A stretch of 64,000 bases of DNA from Azolla caroliniana (lineage: Eukaryota; Plantae; Polypodiophyta), in the NCBI GenBank assembly GCA_043228905.1, contig JBHGNT010000002.1, positions 21,390,001-21,454,000 on the forward strand, read 5' to 3'. Below, one piece after another: positions 55,561 through 64,000 of the stretch (position 1 is the stretch's first letter; the number at the start of each line of letters is the position of its first letter). Under the pieces are notes generated by a model. The model was not told where the DNA came from and searched no databases. It worked only from the letters and a program-made list of their open reading frames with translations. The position numbers were made by a program, and so were the translations under genes.

Positions 55561-57028
55561 CAAGAACAAGATAGGTACATGAACAAGAACAAGAACAAGA
55601 ACAAGAACAAGAACAAGAACAAGAACAAGAACAAGAACAAGAACAAGAACAAGAACAAGAATAGTGGCTTGTCGAAGGAGGGGGCACATTTGATGGCAGG
55701 TTTCAAATGGAAATCCATGGATGATTCTAGTGTGAGGCGAGGGTTACGCCCATAGAATGCTCGAAAAGGGTTGATTTATGCAGCCATCCCGTGTTTGAGG
55801 GTCTTGTTGAGGTGTTCGGTGAAGATGGCATGGGGATGTAAACATCTATGGACACGTAGTTGAGTTGCAACGATGTTGAGGACATCCCCATGGAACTGTT
55901 GGCCTTGATAGTTGGACGGGGCTAGTGACGAAAAACGAGCTATCAATCGGCGAATAGAGATCAATCACTCCTGTGGACTGAGGGCCACCTGGACTTTGTT
56001 GAGGTGGGGGACAGGAGGGCTATCATGTAGGAGGGGGATCGAGGAAAGATCATATGGCGATGAAGATCAATCGCTCCTGTGGACTGAGGGCCACCGGGAC
56101 TTGGCGGAGGTGGGGGACAAGAGGGCTATCGTGTTAGAGGGGGATCGGGGAAAAGATCATTTGGCAAAGAAAGATCAATCACTCTTGTGGACTAAGGGCC
56201 ACTTGGACTTGGTTGAGGTGGGGGACAAGAGGGCTATCATGTCAGAGGGGGATCAGGGAAACTCATGGGACAAGAAGTTAGTGGGCAACCTAAGGTGAGG
56301 GGGAAGAGGCGGATGCTTAGACATGGGGGACTGGTACCCCGCATCTCCACCAATATGTGAGGACATCCCCGTGGACTGAGGGTCGCATCTCTTATGTGTA
56401 TTTCACATATTGGTGGAGATGCGGGGTACCAGTCCTCCACATCCAAGCATCCACCTCTTCCCCCTCACCTTAGGTTGCCCACTACCTTCTTGTCCCATGA
56501 GTTTGCTCGATCCTCCTCTAACACGATAGCCCTCTTGTCCCCCACCTCCGCCAAGTCTAGGTGGCCCTCAGTCCACAGGAGCGATTGATCTTCGCCGCCA
56601 TATGATCTTTCCTTGATCCCCCTTCGACACGATAGCCCTCCTGTCCCCCACCCCAACAAAGTCCAGGTGGCCCTCAGTCCACAGGAGTGATTGATCTCTA
56701 TTCGCCGATTGCTAGCTCGTTTTCCGTCATTAGCCCCGTCCAACTATCAAGGCCAACAATTCCACTGGGATGTCCTCAACGTTGTTGCACCTCAACTACG
56801 TGTCCGTAGATGTTTACATCCCCACGCCATCTTCACCGAACGCCTCAACAAGACCCTCAAACACGAGATGGCTGCATAAATCAACCCTTTTCGAGCAATC
56901 TATGGGCGTAACCCTCGCCTCACACTAGAATCATCCATGGATTTCCATTTGAAACCTGCCATCAAATGCTCCCCCTCCTTCGACAAGCCACTGTTCTTGT
57001 TCTTGTTCATGTACCTGTCTTGTTCTTG
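55561..57028. repeat. Large inverted repeat (arms 55561-56360 and 56403-57028, 42-nt loop)
   Basis: Right arm is the reverse complement of the left. Left arm has one extra ~107-bp unit and a longer (AAGAAC)n tract. Mirror ORFs appear on opposite strands (55776-55964 - and 56691-56879 +). Confidence 0.95.
55582..55661. repeat. (AAGAAC)n hexamer microsatellite
   Basis: Direct reading. Confidence 0.95.
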
Positions 57029-57739
57029 CACACCACAATATGAAGAAGACTAAATATTTTGGTATATTGTAGAATATGATATAGTTTCCTCTATAAATAG
57101 TGACAATAAAGTACTAGGTGAAAGAGGATGGAATTGGATACAAAAAAAAAAAACGTTAAAAGTTCAGGCCTAATTGTTACCATTTCGGTAGTAAATGTGA
57201 AGATACATAAAGTACAGATGCATCACATGAGATTTGCTCTTGTGACCTTACTTACAAGGTCAAAGTCTTTATCAATTGTATTACATATTGCAATTTACAA
57301 TGTATTTAATTTTGTGATTACATATTCCCTAAGGACAAAAAAAGAAAAAGATAGGCCAAACATAAAACCTTTGACTTTCCAACTAAGGTCACAAGATCAA
57401 ATCTCACGCATCCATACTTTATGAATCTTCACCTTTACATTGTTACAAATGCCTTCATATGTACAAGTGATGAAGAAGAGAGTGAACTTACAAGTAGTCA
57501 AGAAAGTAATGAAGCAGGACATGAATGTTCTTGGAGTTCGTAACACACCACAACATTATTAGTTATGTTGTGAAGCATTGCCAAAGTAAAAAATCAATAT
57601 ATCGACATCTTTGTAGATGAGTTTAGGAATGTGGCTATTTTCGTAGAGAAGTAAAAGGGTGTAAAGACACACCATCACATTATCAACAAGATATTTGGTT
57701 GAAATCGTTTCTAAAGGTAATTGTACACATCAATGCCAA

Positions 57740-58177
57740 ATTTAGGAATTGTTGATTTCCTCTTGGATCCATTTGCTTACTTGACACTTTTATTAGTCTA
57801 TTTAATAATTGTTGTGCATTTAAATACTTCGTCTTGACTCTATTTATTTTATGTGTGTGGAAATGTTGAAATCTCTAGAACACCAATAAAAGATGTGCAT
57901 CCTCATGCAATGATGCTAAAGTAGCATCTCTAGAATAAAAAGAGGGTTTTTATTTTTTGTGTAAACAAAATCAATGTCAAGGTCACAGAGACATAAAATA
58001 TTTTAGGAATAGTTGATTTCCTCTTGGGTTCGTTTGCTTACTTGACACTTTTATTAGTTTGCTTAATACTTGTTGTGCATTTAAATACTTAGTCTTGACC
58101 CTATTTATTTTTATTCTTGTGGAAATGTGGAAATCTCTAGAATGCCAACAAAAGACGTGTATCGTCATGCAATGATG
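57740..58177. repeat. Direct repeat of ~175 bp (57740-57915 and 58001-58177)
   Basis: tttaggaat.gttgatttcctcttgg...catgcaatgatg occurs twice. Confidence 0.8.
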
Positions 58178-58179
58178 GT

Positions 58180-59010
58180 GGAGTAGCTAATATGGCACAC
58201 AATTGGAGATCTATGGATGTTGCTTGCACCCATTATCATATGGAACATATGGATCACAAGATGTACCAGGGTATTTTCCGCAAACAAACGACTCCAACAG
58301 AACATTGTCTCTTTATACACCACTCTCAATGAATATGAGGAAAGTTTTGTTGCAGATAAGGTCAAAGTAAACATGAAATACAAAATGGTGGACAAGAAGG
58401 TGAAGCGTGTGGTTGCTCCCTTGCCCAAAGATAGGTGGCAATGGATGAAAGAAATAACAATTGATCCCTATCTAAGAGATCCAGGAGGAATAGGTCACAT
58501 CTTCACTTATGAAATGTGAGGAAAGCTCTGAGATGGTGAGGGTGAGTTCCTTCTTGAACATTATCGCAAGGCTTTAAATGCTTTCTCTTGGGAATAAATA
58601 GGATGTGTTAATCCTAACCTTGACGAACCGATGGTCATATTCATTACCTCATGTCTTGTGGAATTTAATCCCAAATCCCCTTTTGAGGGCAGATATTGGT
58701 AATAGAACTTTTGAAATAAAAAGTGAAGAATGGGAATTGTCGAGACATTCAACACACCTTATTCAAATAGATGGTTCATGTTTCCAAAGAAGAAAAGGAC
58801 ACAGTGGTTCATCTAAGACTTCGAGCCGATAAATAAAGTTACCATCCTTAATGCTAAGATTGACCAAGAATTTAGGGATTTGTCAAAGCCTTTGCAAGAA
58901 GGTCGATTTACTGAACAAAGATAACTATTTAGGGTATAACGAATTCTAGTTGTCCTTCGATAGCCAAGATATCACCACAATGTAGGTGACCACTAGGATA
59001 ATAAGGATGT
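58180..59010 (+). mobile_element. Degenerate Ty3/gypsy pol fragment (pre-RT and RT N-terminus)
   Basis: KYKMVDKKVKRVVAPLP; frameshifted PYSNRWFMFPKK..F...EPINKVT RT start. Confidence 0.65.
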
Positions 59011-59501
59011 GTAGGATATTCTACGTTTTAGAACTTCCGTTTTCGAAAATTTGAAGTATTCTAAAAATTTGACATATTCTAGATATTTAACAAGTATTTA
59101 TCATTTCAAATTGTGTATTTTTTTAAAATTTTAAAATTTAAGAAGTATTTAACATATTTTAGAAGTATTCTACACATATTCTAAGTATTTAACATATTTT
59201 ATCTATAAAATAAATATTCTAAGTATTTTAAAAAACAATTATACTAGTTAGAATACGCATTCTACACGTACTTTATGCTAAGTATTTTACAACAATGTGA
59301 TATTCCTATAAATGGTTGTCAAGATTCAAACAAGGATGATATTTTTGGACGAGATCGATTTAGGTACTTCATTTCAGACCATCTCAAAGATTGCGAGAAA
59401 GTATTGTAGAGATGATAAGGTTTAGGCTTAACATTCTTAGGAGAGAAATCAACATTTGGAGAACAGAAAATTCTAGTGGTCAGGAATGTTTGTGGGCCAT
59501 A

Positions 59502-62500
59502 TGTCAGAAGCAAGAGAGAAGGTAAAGTGATAGAAGAAAGATATAAAGAGATCACAAGAAGAGGAATGAAATGATAAGAGAAGAATGAATGTATTAAAGT
59601 AGAATAAGAATGGATGCAAGATAGGCGATGAGAGCTTAAGACTGGTGTTGATTCGAATTGGTTTTGAGAAGAATTGTATGTCCATTCTAGATAATACAAC
59701 TTATTGTGCACAATCTTTGAATCAAGAATGGAGGCTACCTCATACTCTGGGCCATTAGCAAGTTGGAGAGGAGGTGGTGGCGGCACGACATGATTAGGAA
59801 TCGAGCTGGTGTGGTAAGGTTCCAAAAGAGAGCTGTGAAAGACTGGATGAAGCTGCAAACTTGCAAGAAGATCAAGACGGAATGTTGCATCATTAATCCG
59901 CTTCGTGATGACAAATGGACCCAAGCGTTTATAATCTAGTTTATCACATTGTCGAGTAGTCTTTATGTGACGGCGTAACAAGCATACCCGATCACCAACC
60001 TTGAATGGAGACGGAAGACGATGTCGATCTGCATGGGCCTTATGTTGGGCTTGAGCTTTCTGAAGATGTGAAGACAACTCAGACTGAAGGTGTTGTAGTC
60101 GGTGGAGATGTTGCTCTGCACTAGTGTTTGATGAGATCACTGGAATGTCCAAGAGACACCATCAAGGATGGTTGCCAGTATAGGAATAGAAAGGTGTGAC
60201 CTTGGTAGAAGAGTGTATGGTGTTATTGTACGCAAACTCTGCAAGATACAATATATGACTCCTGGAATCTTGTTGATAACTGATGAAACATTGAAGATAC
60301 TGCTCAAGTGTTTGATTTGTGCGCTCTGTTTGGCCATCAGTTTTAGGATGATATGCCGAAGAGAGTTTGCAAGAGATTCGGAGCCCGTCACATAGGTGCT
60401 TCCAAAAGTGAGAGATAAATTGCGGTCCACGATCACGAATTATGTCGTTTGGAAGACCATGATGGCAAAATACTTCACGCACAATGATATATGTTGTTTC
60501 TTGACTACTGATGCTTTTTACGAAGGGTAGAAAATGTGCCATCTTCGTAAACCGATCCACTACGGTTAAAATAGCATCAAAACCTTGTGAAGGTGGCAGT
60601 TCTGTAATGAAACCCATAGTAATTGAATGCCATGGCTTGCTTGGAGTTGGCAATGGTTGTAACAACCCATAAGGATGATGCCTAGGCATTTTAGCTCGAC
60701 AACATGTGTCACATGTGCGAACATAATCTTCAACGAATTGTTGTAAATGAGGCCACCAAAATGATCGCTTCACTAGCTACATGGTCTTGGCAATACCAAA
60801 GTGTCTGGCCATATGGGCATCATGACAGTGCTCCAACACTCGAAGGCGATTCATGTAGAAAAGTAAGTTATCTTGCCATTGGAACTCCTTATAGCGTCGA
60901 GATGTCCTTGGCAATGTGGAGCAAAATGCATGATTTGGACCAAGGTGGGTGAAGAAATTCTTAGCAAAATCATCAAAGTTAAGTTGTTGTTGAATAGTAT
61001 CAAGAAGACTTGAATCCAATGGCATGGCACAAATCGTGGTTGCTTGTAGCTTTGTTGGACCAAGGAGAACTTGCTTTTGGTTGTCGAAATCTGGATCTCC
61101 AGGGCGAAGTGCCAAATATGAGCGTCGAGATAGAGCATCTGCTTGCCCTTGTTGGTTCCCTGGGTGGAAAATGATCTTGAAATCAAAACGAGTTAAAAAT
61201 TGCACCCACCGAGCTTGTCGCCTATTTAGCACTCGAGCCGTTTGAAAATATGTAAGATTTTTGTGGTCACTATAAATGATGATTTGATAAGGCGAACCTT
61301 CCAGGAAATGTCGCCATTGCGCAAAAGAGTTGACCACAGCTAGTAACTCTTTGTCATACACCTCGTAGTTGATATCCGCAACATTAAACTTTCTTGAGTG
61401 AAACGCGACTGGATGTAAGTGGCATCTTCACTTGGTTGTGATAGGATGCTCCCCAATGCAAAGTCGGATGCATCTGCCTCAATGATAAATGGCTTTTCTA
61501 GATCAATATGAGCTAAGACAAGAGTTGATGTGAATGCCTCTTTCAATTGAGTAAAGGCTTTGTCTGCTTCAGGAGTCGAAACAAATGCTTGATTTTTCTT
61601 GGTGAGTTGAGTAAGTGACAATACAATCTTCGAATAATTCCATATGAATTTGCAGTAGAAGTTGGCAAATCCAAGGAAACACTGGACATCACGAACAAAA
61701 CCTGGAATATACCATTCCAATACTGTTTGAAGTTTCGCTGGATCCATGAAGATACCTTTGGATAAATGGTATAACCCAAGAACTCAACTTCTTTGCAATC
61801 AAAACTGCACTTCTCTAGTTTGGCATAGAGACCATACTCTCCTAAGCGTTAGAGTACCTTCTAGACATGTATATCATGCTCCGCTTGTGTTCTAGAGTAA
61901 ATCAATAGATCATCTAAATAGATGATAAGAAAGATATCTAGAAAATCTTGGAAAATGTCATTTTCCATATGTTGAAACACGGCAGGAGCATTTGTGAGCC
62001 CGAAAGGCATTACTGTATATACTCGAAATGGCCATATCGAGTGCGAAATACAGTCTTCCACTCGTCTCTCGGTCGAATACGGACAAGATTATATGCACCC
62101 CTTAGATCAATTTTTGTAAAATGCTTTCCCCCACCAATGCACTGTAAAAGACTGGAAATTAAAGGTAGAGCATACCTATTTCTTATTATCACTTTATTTA
62201 ATCCTCGATAATCCAAGACCAAACAAAGTGAGCCGTCCTTTTTCTTCACGAAAAAGATAGGAGCACCAGTTGGAGACTTTGAATGTCAAATAAATCCACT
62301 TGCAAGATTCTCGTCAATGTATGCTCGAAGAACCTCAAGCTCCGTTGGTGACAAATTGTAGATCGGACCCCATGGTGGGTCTTTTCTTGGCTGTAGATCA
62401 ATGGGACAATCGTATGGCCGATGCTTTGGAAGTACACTAGCTTTAACTTTGTCAAAGACATCAGCATATTCTTGATACTTTTTAGGAATATAGAACTTTG

Positions 62501-64000
62501 ACTTCCCTTGAGTGTCACTAGAAGGTGCAGCTGATATGGAAAATAAGAATAAATCTTCTTTTTCTCCTTCTTGGCATAATTGTTGTAGGGTGATGGTTGA
62601 AATTTGATGAAGAGGAACAACATGTTTGGTAGAGGGTGAATTGGTAACACTATGTTTTTCAAGGGGAGGATCCTGGGTTAGACCCTTGACTACTATGTTT
62701 CCTTTTGAAGGGCACCTAATTTCTCATCATCTCCAATCAATTCTTGGGTTGTGTAGCTCGAACCACGACAAACCAAGGACTATTGGATGCTTAGGGTTAC
62801 AGATTATGTTAAAGGAGAGTGTATGTGTATTGGCTCAGACTCCTTGAATATCTCTCCAGAAGCTACGAGACGTCCATCAATCATTACCATGGAAACTGGG
62901 CAAGGAAGTTTATGCAAGGCTATTTGCTGTTTTCGGGCAAAATCTCTATCCATGAAACAAGAATTGGCTCCGGTATCTAAGAGAGCTGGGACATGAAGTT
63001 GACAATTTGGTATCGTAACTTGTACTTGGCTTGAGAAAACTCTACTAACATGCTTGGAAGAGATAGAACCCCTACTAGGCTATACAGATCTAGGATTGTC
63101 CAACCAAACGGCCTCGATTTTGGCCGGACTTATTCGTTTCACTCCTCTTCTAATTGGCTTAGGATCTCAAACTAATTGGATAGAGTTGGATTACTAGAAA
63201 CACTAGTTGGCATAGTTTCAACAATGCTAGAGTCATTTCTATTATTAATAATGCTAGAGTCATTTCTATTATCATAGTTAATGTGATGTACGTGACGTCT
63301 CGGTCTGTGTGAACAATGAATGGCAATATGTCCTGGACCTCCATAATATAAGCATAGTCGATTTGCTCAACGACGTTGTTTTTTCTTCATTTGATAAAGG
63401 TCCTCGTCGCCGAGTCATATCAGTCTCCATCGGTGTCGGGCTATCCATTGGTGTTGGGCTACGTGCTTGCGGTGGAGTTGGGACGGGGCTATATTGTTGC
63501 CTTGGAGATTGTGCCATCATTGATGCATAAGTTGGCATTTAATCTTGATCTTGTTTGTTGTTGTTGTCGCTCGGACCGATGCTCAAAAAGCTGATTATCA
63601 CACCGTATTGCTCTGCTAATAGCTTTTGTAAGGGATTTTGGATCGTCAGGGAAGGTAAGAAGTAAATCTTTTACATCTCCACGGAGGCCCGAACAAAACT
63701 GCTCCATTAGAGCTTGTTCGTGCCAAGGAATATCACTTGCAATGAGACGAAAATTGGTTGCATACGTTGATCTTGGTTGATCCCCTTGCCGCAATGTGTG
63801 AATCCTGTTGATTGTCGTTCTTACACTATCTGTGTCTCCGAAGCAAGACATAAACTCTTTGATAAATTCTTCAAAGTTGTTGAGTAGGGGCGAATTTGCT
63901 TCTAGCAATGGAGAAAACCATAACAATGCTGTGCTAGTCAATAAAGTGCCCACTAACCCGACTTGAGATGAATCCGTCGGATAATGCGTGGGATGCATCT
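59502..64000 (-). mobile_element. Degenerate Ty3/gypsy chromovirus (gag, PR, RT, RNase H, integrase, partial chromodomain, LTR remnant); runs off the window
   Basis: gag homologous to 25215-26327; ALLDTGANSCF; [29 protein letters not shown]; EADASDFALG, YDKELLA; GPQFISHFW, YHPKTDGQTERTN; EYEVASILDSK. 59502-59690 resembles the R-U5 part of the 24617 LTR (caacaccagtcttaagc). Confidence 0.93.

Noticed and set aside
55399-55755. ORFs with (NK)n, (CS)n, (LV)n or (LF)n runs
   Set aside because: Translations of the AAGAAC microsatellite.
59319-60152. 277-aa ORF as a novel chromodomain-membrane fusion protein
   Set aside because: Integrase C-terminus reading through a deletion junction into pyrimidine-rich LTR sequence; chromodomain is truncated.

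Overview
Eukaryotic land-plant genomic DNA: AT-rich, GT-AG introns, many nested retrotransposons. The element types suggest a non-seed plant such as a fern (inference). Four intact multi-exon genes can be built by hand: an ABCG7/WBC7-like half ABC transporter (7627-12962) and a tandem cluster of three glutamate-receptor-like (GLR) channel genes (17841-20007, 30649-32849, 38323/38389-55041), plus a short relic of a fourth copy. The most striking feature is that all three GLRs are about 430-500 aa and appear to lack the amino-terminal (LIVBP-like) domain: a signal peptide is fused straight to the S1 ligand-binding segment, while canonical GLR intron positions and M1-M4 are kept. Two copies have a rewritten pore loop (FFSQG[R/P]D instead of FFSHRE) and the third has a poly-Q insertion in the M3-S2 gating linker. 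The rest is degenerate copia, Ty3/gypsy (chromovirus) and LINE sequence. It includes a chromovirus with a Tf1-like self-priming PBS and a ~1.5 kb inverted repeat of integrase-like sequence just downstream of the third GLR. All exon boundaries were read by eye and need RNA confirmation.
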